A stretch of 64,000 nucleotides of DNA from Candidatus Thorarchaeota archaeon (GTDB taxonomy: Archaea > Asgardarchaeota > Thorarchaeia > Thorarchaeales > Thorarchaeaceae). The stretch is taken from the NCBI GenBank assembly GCA_016839275.1, contig JAEOUM010000117.1:63861-127860 (forward strand). The letters run 5' to 3'. Shown piece by piece: positions 10,028 to 18,833 of the stretch; positions within the stretch are counted from its first letter, which is position 1; each line of letters begins with the position of its first letter. The notes under the pieces are model-generated. The model was not told where the DNA came from. It ran no database searches and saw only the letters and a program-made list of their open reading frames with translations. The position numbers and the translations under genes are program-made.

Positions 10028-11383
10028 ATGTCTAACCATCTCTCTATCTCTGAGATGAGCCAAAAAACAAGTAGTATTCCCTCCTTAAAGACACTAGAGA
10101 AAGACTGCAGTTCTGTGAATCTTGATAGTGATAGTCAAATCCTTCTAGTGACATCTCCAATTCCAGAGGCAACACTTGCTACTGCTATTTTATCTAGAGC
10201 ACTTGTAAGGCTAAACAGGAGGTTTCAATTGACCTTTGTTCAACCGGTAATGGCTCTAGATGCATTTAATGAACTAAGGACCAGACACGACTCCTCAACA
10301 ATCATCACAATTGGTGTTGATTTCCTCGGGTCAAAAAAAGTCAAGAAAGGCAAGAGATCCTTAATCCTAATCGGAGGGATATCAGAATCAGAGCAATTAA
10401 GCGCACTTACGTTAGGAACTGACGCCACTCTGACTCCAGTTACATATCTCTTGTCCAAATCACTGATAGATGTTGGTTCTTATGATTTACAGCTTGCAGT
10501 TGCAGGCGTGCTAATCCATGATGGCCCGAACGGACCTAAGAAGGGAGCAAGCAGAGACATAATAAATTTGGCTGAAAAGGAGGGATTGGTTGAAGAGCGG
10601 AAAGGATTCAGATTGTTTGGCGTAGGAATGTTGCCACTTGATGAAGCTCTTCTTCACAGTACACATCCTTACCTTCACACAATAAGTGGAAATCAAAAAG
10701 CCTGTGATGAACTTCTAATTGCTGCAGAGATACCTGTTCAGAAACTACGACTACCCCTGAACAACCTGAATACCTCAGAGGCTCAGCGACTAGCATCACA
10801 CCTCATTACACGATTGAATCCAGAAGTAATCTCACTTCTCCTGGGTAAGGATCACCTACTCAAACTCGAACGCGAATCTAGTCCAATGAGATACATTTCC
10901 GGTGTTGAAATCATTGCTAATACTGCATGGGCAAGGAACGAATTGGGCACATCGATGAGTGTATGGTTAGGAGATAGAGGACTAGCACTGAGAGTTCTAA
11001 TCGACACTCATATGAACCATCATAAGGATGTCATCTCTTCAGTTCAGAGGCTTGACGCAGGATTGATTGGGGAGTCTACTTCTTCTGCAACAGCTTTGAA
11101 GATACCTGGATCAAAGACTGAGGTATTACCTGATGTAGGGAGGATTGCTCTGAGTAATAGGCTTGTTGATTCTGATAAGACGCTCGTATTGGATAACACG
11201 GAGTCTTATACCATAATCTGGCCATTTTCCAGTCTTAACACCAAACAGGTTCTTCGTGACCTGCTGAAAAAAGCCATTCTCCCTATCACCTCATCGTCTC
11301 AATCTGTAACCATTCATCATAGTCCTGAGATGAAGGAAGCAGTACTTCAAATGATTTCAAACACAGGCAAGGTCGGCGACTAA
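10028..11383 (+). CDS. Degenerate DHH/RecJ-like protein (possible inactive Cdc45/RecJdbh-type)
   Basis: Downstream of rps15, where archaea usually encode RecJ/GAN. DHH motifs appear present but mutated (LLVTSPIPEATLATAILSRAL in place of the DxD motif I; ITIGVDF in place of DHH). Confidence 0.35.
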   Translation: MSNHLSISEMSQKTSSIPSLKTLEKDCSSVNLDSDSQILLVTSPIPEATLATAILSRALVRLNRRFQLTFVQPVMALDAFNELRTRHDSSTIITIGVDFLGSKKVKKGKRSLILIGGISESEQLSALTLGTDATLTPVTYLLSKSLIDVGSYDLQLAVAGVLIHDGPNGPKKGASRDIINLAEKEGLVEERKGFRLFGVGMLPLDEALLHSTHPYLHTISGNQKACDELLIAAEIPVQKLRLPLNNLNTSEAQRLASHLITRLNPEVISLLLGKDHLLKLERESSPMRYISGVEIIANTAWARNELGTSMSVWLGDRGLALRVLIDTHMNHHKDVISSVQRLDAGLIGESTSSATALKIPGSKTEVLPDVGRIALSNRLVDSDKTLVLDNTESYTIIWPFSSLNTKQVLRDLLKKAILPITSSSQSVTIHHSPEMKEAVLQMISNTGKVGD

Positions 11384-11385
11384 AC

Positions 11386-11634
11386 ATGATTGCAACTATC
11401 AACATTGAGTTTCAATCACCGGAAATCGCAAAGAGAATCTTAGATGCAATATCTCCTGATAATGTCCCTCTTCCAGCCGGATTAACCATCGAGTGCACAG
11501 TAGATGATATACATCTACTTGTAAAAATCCAGTGTGAGAGGAGCATTGAGAGTCTAGGTGCAACATTGGAAGACATCATGAGTGCGATAGATCTGTCGAT
11601 AAGAACCTCTGAAGCTGTTGACACCGAAGAATAA
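11386..11634 (+). CDS. pcc1: Pcc1-like KEOPS subunit
   Basis: 82 aa; IEFQSPEIAKRILDAISPD...ECTVDD...LEDI pattern resembling Pcc1/CTAG family. Confidence 0.45.
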   Translation: MIATINIEFQSPEIAKRILDAISPDNVPLPAGLTIECTVDDIHLLVKIQCERSIESLGATLEDIMSAIDLSIRTSEAVDTEE

Positions 11635-11643
11635 ACGAAAAAC

Positions 11644-13113
11644 TCACTCCAGATTTTCGCCTACGCCTATACCATCGACGAGCTGTTGAAAAGCAGCTTC
11701 GGCTCTTGTCCGTGAATGTTCTGCCATTTCTTCTGTGATGAACCCTCTCTGGACAGCACGTTTCAAAAGATGCTGATCGATTATTCTAGGTTCCTGGTCC
11801 ACTGGAGCTCTAACAACATCAATCTCAAGGTCGACATAACGAATTCTTCCAGGATTACTACCATTACTAGGATATACTTCCACTCCTGTATTGATATTAA
11901 CATAAGTGCCCTTTACTCGACCACTCCTTGAATAATAATTAGTGAAAAGAGTCATCGCACCTGGTTGCACTTGAGTAAGAGCATAATCCCCCTCGTCTCC
12001 AACTACATCAACATCCTCCGCATACTCCTGCACTAACTTTAGCTTGCGGTTAGTATGTCTAAATTGCCGCATAATGACAAAGCCCTTGGGATTATTTTCT
12101 ACCACTCTTCCTCTAGCTAATACAATATTACGTCCGTCTAATTTCACGTGCTCAATATTGATTGTATCATCTACCTTTGGCATATCTTTTGAAACAATTT
12201 TTTCAAGTTTAGAGGTGACGTAACCACGCTCCTCAGGACGCTCTTCAATAATCGTTTCTGCTAGGTCAACAAGGGATGAATACCCTGCGCTTTTGTAGAA
12301 GTGGTGATGGTCAATTGTGGGTTTGATTTTAGCCCTCGTTTTGTCAAGAGCATCCTTGACTTCTGCAGGAAATTCAATATCTGCATTACTGGTTCCCTCA
12401 AAAAGTATACCTGTAGAGTCCATCTCATTGTAGTTCTTATACACCCTTTGAGCAGTATCAAGAAGATCATCAACCTCATCCTGTAATTCTTTGTCAGTAA
12501 GGTTCTCAGCAGCAGTTCTCCAGAGAATTCCCCAGTTGTCAGTATGCTCACGAATCTTTCGACCAAGCATTGTCAGATTATGTCGTGCTTCCTGTTCCTT
12601 AATCTTTGTACTAAGTCGTACAACTGGTTCGGGGAGAAGAACCGCAGCTCGTCCAGGTATGGTTATACTGGAAGACAAAACAGGAGCTTTACGTCCATAA
12701 TCGTGGGCACGAATCTGAATCATTAAGGGTTGACCACGTTGTAGGCCTCTATCAGGCAACAATCCTGAAATTGTTCCTAAATCTACCTTTGTCTGTCCAG
12801 TTTTTTCATCTCGCCCTAATACAATTCCACGGTAAATTGAACTCTTAGCCACTCTAGGCGTCCTAGTTATCACGCCACCCAAGCGTCTACGAAAAACATC
12901 GGTAAGTCGGTTTAATATCGATTCGTATGCGATTGCTACAATGCCTTGTAGGTCGCTTCGATCCCAAATATCGACATCCGGAATTTCGCTACGATATGGG
13001 AGACCAAACCTTCTAGCCACTTCAGGGGTCGGCTGAACCATTTCAAAATGGTTCTGTAACAATATCTGGGTCAACGACTGCGAATAGATTCCTCTTATCT
13101 TTGCCTTTATCAT
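11644..13113 (-). CDS. fau-1: RNA-binding protein FAU-1 (RNase E/G-like)
   Basis: MIKAKIRGIYSQSLTQILLQNHFEMV matches the FAU-1 N-terminus (MxVRIRGIYATALTKL); size 489 aa. Confidence 0.7.
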   Translation of the reverse strand: MIKAKIRGIYSQSLTQILLQNHFEMVQPTPEVARRFGLPYRSEIPDVDIWDRSDLQGIVAIAYESILNRLTDVFRRRLGGVITRTPRVAKSSIYRGIVLGRDEKTGQTKVDLGTISGLLPDRGLQRGQPLMIQIRAHDYGRKAPVLSSSITIPGRAAVLLPEPVVRLSTKIKEQEARHNLTMLGRKIREHTDNWGILWRTAAENLTDKELQDEVDDLLDTAQRVYKNYNEMDSTGILFEGTSNADIEFPAEVKDALDKTRAKIKPTIDHHHFYKSAGYSSLVDLAETIIEERPEERGYVTSKLEKIVSKDMPKVDDTINIEHVKLDGRNIVLARGRVVENNPKGFVIMRQFRHTNRKLKLVQEYAEDVDVVGDEGDYALTQVQPGAMTLFTNYYSRSGRVKGTYVNINTGVEVYPSNGSNPGRIRYVDLEIDVVRAPVDQEPRIIDQHLLKRAVQRGFITEEMAEHSRTRAEAAFQQLVDGIGVGENLE

Positions 13114-13200
13114 GAATAGACACTGGCCCTGGTAGTGAATACCAGTCCTTTACCCGAACAGGTGTTGGCTGGTTTATTTTGTTAGCAAGACCAAATTGGT

Positions 13201-13494
13201 CTAGTCACGTATTGGCTCCAATAGACTGGATACATGCCAAATCTTTGTCCGAGCATGATTTGGGCAGTTCGGATCTTGGCTTGGCTCATCCAATATGGAT
13301 ATTGCATTTTGAGCTCTCACAGCGGGAGAGTCTGATTCATTCTCAAGGACTGCTATCGATTCATTAGCAGCACGCCGGATGTTCCTAGGAACTGAGGAAT
13401 CTTCCGAGATTTGCTTAAGAATGTGTTTGGATTGATCGATGCTCTTCTGTGTTTCGGGGTCCAATGGACTCACCTCTAAATGGTCTTGACACAC
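13201..13494 (-). CDS. UPF0147-family small archaeal protein
   Basis: 97 aa with the ...VPRNIRRAANESIAVL... signature. Confidence 0.45.
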   Translation of the reverse strand: MCQDHLEVSPLDPETQKSIDQSKHILKQISEDSSVPRNIRRAANESIAVLENESDSPAVRAQNAISILDEPSQDPNCPNHARTKIWHVSSLLEPIRD

Positions 13495-13603
13495 AAATGG
13501 TGTGTGAACAACAATGACCTAGCAGGCTCTGACCATATCAACGTTTTCATAATGACTCATCTAACCATCACTTCTTATATCGAAGTTTGGAGAACCCATA
13601 ACT

Positions 13604-13966
13604 GTGCTGAAAATGAATGAGAAAGATGATGTTTCTGTCAAGAAGATGGCTGAGCTATTGCGTCGTGGTGCAACAATGCTTGCAGAATCGTGCCCACAGT
13701 GTGGATCTCCTCTCTTCAAAGTAGGTGATGATATCTACTGCGCTAAATGTGACCGGCGTATAGTATATGCTAAATCAGACCAAGAGATTGAAACACAAGC
13801 AGTAAAGACATTGATACCAGAGCTCAGAGTGACATTGATTGGGAAGCTAAAAGCATTGAATGAGCTAGTAGAGTCTGAGAATGACATAGAAAAACTGACC
13901 AGAGTGGCTAATCTGATGGTACTTCTCTTACAATCTCTCCATCACTTGGAAGATATGAGGGAGTAA
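13604..13966 (+). CDS. Zinc-ribbon protein of the Sjogren/scleroderma autoantigen-1 (p27, UPF0148) family
   Basis: AELLRRGATMLAESCPQCGSPLFKVGDDIYCAKCD pattern. Confidence 0.6.
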   Translation: MLKMNEKDDVSVKKMAELLRRGATMLAESCPQCGSPLFKVGDDIYCAKCDRRIVYAKSDQEIETQAVKTLIPELRVTLIGKLKALNELVESENDIEKLTRVANLMVLLLQSLHHLEDMRE

Positions 13967-14017
13967 AGGGTTCTTACCTCCACAACGACTTATTACTGTA
14001 TTAACTCAGAGATACAC

Positions 14018-14674
14018 TCACTCTGCATCTTTTTCAGCAGCAGTACCTCGTCTGAGGCGAGCTCTCCTTGTTCTTACTTCCTCAGGCCCCTTGAGCACCT
14101 TGCTCTTACGAATCTCACATTCTCGGATTGGGATGATCTTTTTCACATCCTCGTATACTTCGCCTGCAAGGTCTCCCAGAATTACCTTAGTGACTAGTTC
14201 ATCAAAAGTATGTTTCTTTGCATGAGCTCTGATGACCTTTTCAATTGCTTTTCTTGCAGAATGCTCTTGACTTGTCTTTGCACGAGTGGTTGTAAAAACA
14301 ATCACAGAAATCCGCATCAGGTAATCATCCTTTGTCAGAATTGGTCCAATCCAATCAATTCTAGATGTGCCTCTTCTTACAAGCCCTCTTAGATAGTCTG
14401 AGCTCCACTCATGTCCATAGAAGCTAGTCTTAGCCTGTTGACCTGTGACCTCAAGAATCTTGAATCGGAGTCTGACATGAATCTTGTCGAAGTCTCCAGT
14501 AATGTCATAGAGTGTGGGTTGAATAGTTCGTCCAATCAGCTGTTCAGGGGTTTCGCTTGGAGTTGTACCTATCTCCTTATTCTCAAAATAGTCTGGAGCA
14601 ACGATTTGATACCAAACCTTCTCTCTCCACTTATCTCGAGTTCTTGTTGCTGATTGTCTGCTTCTTGAGGACAT
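14018..14674 (-). CDS. rps3ae: 30S ribosomal protein S3Ae (eS1); the ORF track extends the N-terminus to 14794
   Basis: RDKWREKVWYQIVAPDYF...DITGDF typical S3Ae; likely start at the internal Met MSSRSR. Confidence 0.8.
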   Translation of the reverse strand: MSSRSRQSATRTRDKWREKVWYQIVAPDYFENKEIGTTPSETPEQLIGRTIQPTLYDITGDFDKIHVRLRFKILEVTGQQAKTSFYGHEWSSDYLRGLVRRGTSRIDWIGPILTKDDYLMRISVIVFTTTRAKTSQEHSARKAIEKVIRAHAKKHTFDELVTKVILGDLAGEVYEDVKKIIPIRECEIRKSKVLKGPEEVRTRRARLRRGTAAEKDAE

Positions 14675-14820
14675 CTTAATATCACGCTCACACTGGACAC
14701 AAATCAATGAGTCCAGAGAATCACGAAATGGCCCATGGTCAGACCATTGGAACCGCGCCGACATCCAACGAGTCGAATAAAAACGTTGTGACATGACTCG
14801 GTATCAAGACCATAGAACCC

Positions 14821-15018
14821 TTGGTTCTGACCAGAAAACTAGATATGACTATCATTCATCATGCGTCTGAGATGCATGATATGGACGCAATTGTATGTTC
14901 CCGTTGTGGATTCGCAGAGGTCGCTCTTGTACGAAAAGAGATGCTTGGGAGCGGCAAGTACCGAAAGAAGTGGCACTGTCCACGTTGTAGCAACACTTGG
15001 GAAACCGTTGACAAGTAG
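14821..15018 (+). CDS. Small zinc-ribbon protein (2 x CxxC)
   Basis: CSRCG...CPRCS in 65 aa; lies between rps3ae and tRNA-Leu. Confidence 0.3.
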   Translation: MVLTRKLDMTIIHHASEMHDMDAIVCSRCGFAEVALVRKEMLGSGKYRKKWHCPRCSNTWETVDK

Positions 15019-15035
15019 TAGCGCGTATACAAAAT

Positions 15036-15044
15036 GGTTAAAAT
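15036..15044 (+). promoter_or_regulatory. Possible TATA/BRE element about 30 nt upstream of tRNA-Leu
   Basis: AAAATGGTTAAAAT AT-rich box at the expected distance from the tRNA 5' end. Confidence 0.25.
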
Positions 15045-15072
15045 GGGTCAGCTCTCCCCTCTTTTCGTTCAT

Positions 15073-15160
15073 GCGGAGGTTGCCCAGCCTGGTTAAAGGC
15101 GCAGGGTTTAGGTCCCTGTCTCGTAGGAGTTCGCGAGTTCAAATCTCGCCCTCCGCACCA
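15073..15160 (+). tRNA. tRNA-Leu(TAG), class II, with encoded CCA
   Basis: Manual fold gives acceptor GCGGAGG/CCTCCGC, 3-bp D stem, anticodon stem CAGGG/CCCTG with loop TTTAGGT (anticodon TAG), long variable arm, T arm GCGAG-TTCAAAT-CTCGC, discriminator A. Confidence 0.8.
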
Positions 15161-15342
15161 TTTTAATACAATTTTGGCATTTATTAGATATTCATCTTAT
15201 CATCGTAACGTTCTTATAATTGTTTGATTTTGCACATATTTCGCGGCATTTCTGGGAGGTAATGACTAGCTACATCTCTCCAGAGAGGATGTTTTTGAAT
15301 TCATCCTAATGTCGTAGTATATGGGTAGGAGTAACGACAAGA

Positions 15343-15687
15343 TTGAAGCAGAAGGTAGTTTGTCCTCATTGTGTCAAGGAAAAGCATACTATAGAAACAC
15401 ACGTGGTCGACGGCTTGGAAACCGTGAAAAATACTGGCAAGGCAAAATGGCATCCTCTTCTAAAAAAGGAATCAGAGGAGGTTTGGCAAAGGGATATTTC
15501 AATTGGTCTTGGCATCGAATGCAAGTGTGGAAGAACCTTCTTCGTCTTTAACGTCATGAATGAGAACTCATTGAAAGTATCGCCCGAATTGAGTGATAAT
15601 TTATTCAGTCCAGCGTACTGTATTCAGTGTCGCTCAGCTTTTGTTTCTCAAGACCTCGTCTGTCCTACTTGTAATAAAAAATGTTAG
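15343..15687 (+). CDS. Double zinc-ribbon protein with TTG start; the first gene inside the tRNA-Leu-flanked insert
   Basis: CPHC...CKCG...CIQC...CPTC; sits between tRNA-Leu and its 3'-end repeat. Confidence 0.35.
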   Translation: MKQKVVCPHCVKEKHTIETHVVDGLETVKNTGKAKWHPLLKKESEEVWQRDISIGLGIECKCGRTFFVFNVMNENSLKVSPELSDNLFSPAYCIQCRSAFVSQDLVCPTCNKKC

Positions 15688-15700
15688 AGAGTGTGGTTGT

Positions 15701-17248
15701 ATGTCTGAATATCGCGTAGGTCCACCTGGTTGGCAAGCACCGAATCTGACTCCGAGAGAAACGGTTGTTTGCTGGGAGATTGAGGAAGGCGTTAAGGAAC
15801 AGTACAATAGACTAAAAGGATATTGGGAGTTGGGTGAATTGACACGCCCCTCACTGTATGAGATTATCTGGCAGGACAAAAAATCCTCTCTTGTTCCCAA
15901 GCTTTCTTTTATACCAGTAACGAGAGCTTATGGTTTCAATATCAACATTCTTCAAAGATCTTTTCCAGATGATAGAATCGATCCTATCTACTTCCTTCAC
16001 AAGGGATTTACTCCAAAGGATAGAAGGGTCATATTTACCGCAACCGAAACCGGAATGATTCTGGACTTTCCATCTCCTGTCGGTCTCATTTTAAAAAAGC
16101 GTGTATCATTTCAGCACCCCCACTTCGAATATCAGCTCCTCGATATGGCTGATGGAACACTTCCTTCTTCCCAGAACCCTCTCATTGCTCAAATAGAAAA
16201 AGAAATTGATCATAGTAAGAGAATTACTGATGATGAGTCTTCGAAGCTGATTGCGTGTGTTAATGGTCTTCAAGACGAAGAAAAATTTGAACTTTTTAAA
16301 TTCGCCCCTTACAAGTTTAAGTACCCAGCATATGCAGCAATCATCCCTTACATGGAAAAGACCATCATTTTTGCATCTAGCTTGAACACAACTTCGAGTT
16401 ATGGGAACCGTCACAAGGGTGGTATTGCTAAACTTCGTATTGAAGAGGATAATGATGCCACCGACTATGAGATTGCTCTTCCTGGTGGATCCCTCAGCGC
16501 TTACTATCTCGTTAAGCTTCTTTCAGCTGTAACAGAAGCTAATAGAGCTAGTAGTCCTATCAGCGTAATCCATCCTGAAAATCTGGGAACTCTTGGTGTC
16601 TTTCTTACTGTAGAAGCCACAAGACGTATAGTAGATCCAAGCTCATCAGAACTATCCTTGCATGAGATTTACGGTACCGCTCCCACTGAGAGACTTGGTA
16701 TTCTAGGTCGGTCTATTAATTTAGCAGTATTTCCCAAGAAACCTGTTAAAGAACTCCCAGAATTGAATATAGATTGGCATGACTCACCTCTTACTGAAAC
16801 TATTTGGAAGTCTATTAATCCACGTGTTCCTCTGGATTTTGCTGATAGTGTAAAATGGGAGGTTACTACTATAGAAGGCTCAGCTGACGAAGGCGTGGCC
16901 AAGGTCCGAACAGAAGTAAAGAACTCTTACCTGCACAATATCCTGAAGTGGAGTCAATCTTCAGAAGGAACAATGGAACAGTTTGAAACTATTAGGACAA
17001 ACATTGAAACACAAGGAATGGGAACCGGCGAACCACTTAGTGGTATATATAATGGCCACAATGCCCAGTACGTTCAAGGCTTTATAATCCAAAAGAATGT
17101 ACCAACAATCATTACTGCTCGCCTTCTGCATTGTGAGAACAGGAGTATGAATCTAGTCTGGATTTTATCTTGTTCCGCTCGTTCAAAATCAGAGGCTGAA
17201 GCGGGATGTAGCTATGGGACCGGCTTAATTCGCTGTCACGAATCTTAA
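15701..17248 (+). CDS. Hypothetical 515-aa protein (ORF track opens at 15593); the second gene of the insert
   Basis: Long ORF with no recognisable motif; ends a few nt before the tRNA-Leu 3' repeat. Confidence 0.4.
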   Translation: MSEYRVGPPGWQAPNLTPRETVVCWEIEEGVKEQYNRLKGYWELGELTRPSLYEIIWQDKKSSLVPKLSFIPVTRAYGFNINILQRSFPDDRIDPIYFLHKGFTPKDRRVIFTATETGMILDFPSPVGLILKKRVSFQHPHFEYQLLDMADGTLPSSQNPLIAQIEKEIDHSKRITDDESSKLIACVNGLQDEEKFELFKFAPYKFKYPAYAAIIPYMEKTIIFASSLNTTSSYGNRHKGGIAKLRIEEDNDATDYEIALPGGSLSAYYLVKLLSAVTEANRASSPISVIHPENLGTLGVFLTVEATRRIVDPSSSELSLHEIYGTAPTERLGILGRSINLAVFPKKPVKELPELNIDWHDSPLTETIWKSINPRVPLDFADSVKWEVTTIEGSADEGVAKVRTEVKNSYLHNILKWSQSSEGTMEQFETIRTNIETQGMGTGEPLSGIYNGHNAQYVQGFIIQKNVPTIITARLLHCENRSMNLVWILSCSARSKSEAEAGCSYGTGLIRCHES

Positions 17249-17254
17249 AGATTT

Positions 17255-17288
17255 GAGTTCGCGAGTTCGAATCTCGCCCTCCGCACCA
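17255..17288. repeat. 34-bp direct repeat of the tRNA-Leu 3' end (33/34 identical to 15127..15160); att-like
   Basis: GAGTTCGCGAGTTCGAATCTCGCCCTCCGCACCA matches the tRNA-Leu T-arm/acceptor/CCA. No matching 5' acceptor strand upstream, so it is not a complete tRNA. Confidence 0.7.
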
Positions 17289-17592
17289 CTTCTTCAAGAT
17301 GCGTTTTATTCCTCTTGTGACCTTTTCGAGTGATTTGCTCTACTATGATGTATGACAGTTTGAACATGACTGTAATGGAAGTTGACCACCACTAAAGAAA
17401 AAGTGAATCCCTAAAAATGCGACAAATCCAATGACTGCGATCACAATGACAACTACTAGTACTTTCAGTAATTTATTCATGAGGCTCAAATTCTAAAAAT
17501 ATTTCGATGTCATTTTTTATAAATCCATTACTATTCATTTTCTGTCGTAATCCTCATTATGTTCTTTGCTTTTCAGCTACCTGTGAAATATA

Positions 17593-17934
17593 ATGAAGTA
17601 TCTCTTCTTAGCTACTGATGAAAATAAAATGCAACTCTATCATCTGCTACTGAATGCAATCAACTTCCATGATAAGGGGCATGAAGTTGCTACAATTCTT
17701 GAATGTGCCTCTCCAAAGCTTCTGATTGGGATTGCTGATGGCACCATCAAACTTCCGGTCTTTGATAAGGCTATGGAACTTGGAATCATCGATCACGCAT
17801 GCAAGGCCTGTAGCGCTGCTTTCTCAGCAACTGAGGCTGCACAGAAACTTGGAGTCGCTCTAAGGGGCGAATTGAGCGGGCATAGTGATTTGTTGAAATT
17901 TGCTGACGCTGGGTTCTCCATTCTCACATTTTAG
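17593..17934 (+). CDS. DsrE/DsrF-like small sulfur-relay family protein
   Basis: 113 aa, with conserved Cys within ...IIDHACKACS.... Confidence 0.4.
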   Translation: MKYLFLATDENKMQLYHLLLNAINFHDKGHEVATILECASPKLLIGIADGTIKLPVFDKAMELGIIDHACKACSAAFSATEAAQKLGVALRGELSGHSDLLKFADAGFSILTF

Positions 17935-17957
17935 TAAGATTGTAGAGGGACAAGAGG

Positions 17958-18069
17958 TGGCGCCGGGGATGGGACTTGTTCAATTCTACAAAAGCAGAAT
18001 TTTTGAACCCACGCGCCGCAAGGGCAGCGGTTTTCGAGACCGCCTCCATAGCCACTAGGAGACCCCGGC
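17958..18069 (-). tRNA. tRNA-Ser(CGA) with a roughly 27-nt intron in the T-arm/T-loop region and encoded CCA
   Basis: Reverse complement folds with acceptor GCCGGGG/CCCCGGC, discriminator G, 3-bp D stem TCC/GGA, anticodon stem GCGGT/ACCGC with loop CTCGAAA, 14-nt variable arm and T stem GTGGG/CCCAT. A 34-nt segment lies between the T-stem halves, holding TTCAAA..T and a hairpin AATTCT-GCTTTTGT-AGAATT. Confidence 0.6.
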
Positions 18070-18201
18070 TTATCTGAGCTTCCAACCATTAGTGATTTAA
18101 TCTTACCGTCATCACCCTACCGGATTTAATATGCCCTTAGATAACCAAAGCTTCATTATCTGGGGCTATCTACAGAACGTTTAGTTGAGGTCCGATAGAA
18201 G

Positions 18202-18825
18202 ATGGCTGAAAATGAACGCTGGCAGCTCTTTGAAGAGAGTTTAGAACTCCTTCAGCAAGGTAAATTTGCTGAATGTGAAGTCATTCTGAAGAAATTGACC
18301 TCATTTGAAGGAGCTCTCTCATCCACCTGGGTGATTCTTGGAAGGTGTCAGTTAGCACTAGAGAAACTTGATGATGCTGAAAGAACCGCCCGAAAGGCCC
18401 TTGAATTAGATGAAAATGCTGCTCAAAACTGGAATCTCTTGGGTTGCGTAATGAAGGCAAGAACTGCGTTTGCAGAAGCAGAACCCCTCTTTCTGAAAGC
18501 ACTCGAAATCAATCCACAAGATGCAACCTCTTGGAGTGGACTAAGTACAGTCTTGCTAGGGCTTGGAAAATATGATGAAGCAGAAGCAGCAGCAAGGAAG
18601 AGTATCGAACTGAGTCCAAGGTTTTTTGAAGGTTGGGTTGTTCTTGGTACAATTTACATTAAACAGGGCAAGTTTCAAGAATCTGAGGCTGCATTAAGAA
18701 CGCTTGTAGAACTATCCCCTAACACTCCCGAGGCTTTTGATCTCCTAGGAATGGTTCTCAGTGCTCAAGGAAAGCATGATGAAGCTGCTGCTGCTAAGGC
18801 AAGAGCTCAGACCTTACGAACCTAG
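18202..18825 (+). CDS. TPR-repeat protein
   Basis: Repeated 34-aa W-LG-Y-A-F-A-P TPR pattern (at least five repeats). Confidence 0.75.
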   Translation: MAENERWQLFEESLELLQQGKFAECEVILKKLTSFEGALSSTWVILGRCQLALEKLDDAERTARKALELDENAAQNWNLLGCVMKARTAFAEAEPLFLKALEINPQDATSWSGLSTVLLGLGKYDEAEAAARKSIELSPRFFEGWVVLGTIYIKQGKFQESEAALRTLVELSPNTPEAFDLLGMVLSAQGKHDEAAAAKARAQTLRT

Positions 18826-18833
18826 GATGCTCA

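Noticed and set aside
12261-12726. Cluster of short ORFs on both strands (12261..12566, 12301..12486, 12491..12700, 12544..12726)
   Set aside because: All are nested inside the FAU-1 gene (11644..13113, minus strand), which has a clear family-specific N-terminus. They are shadow ORFs.
17195-17288. Second complete tRNA gene ending at 17288 (T arm, acceptor and CCA present)
   Set aside because: No 5' acceptor strand complementary to CCTCCGC and no anticodon stem-loop can be folded upstream. The upstream stretch GCGGGATGTAGC... does not pair with the 3' end. Only the 34-bp 3' segment matches tRNA-Leu, so it is treated as an att-like repeat rather than a gene. A trans-spliced split tRNA cannot be excluded, but there is no evidence for it.
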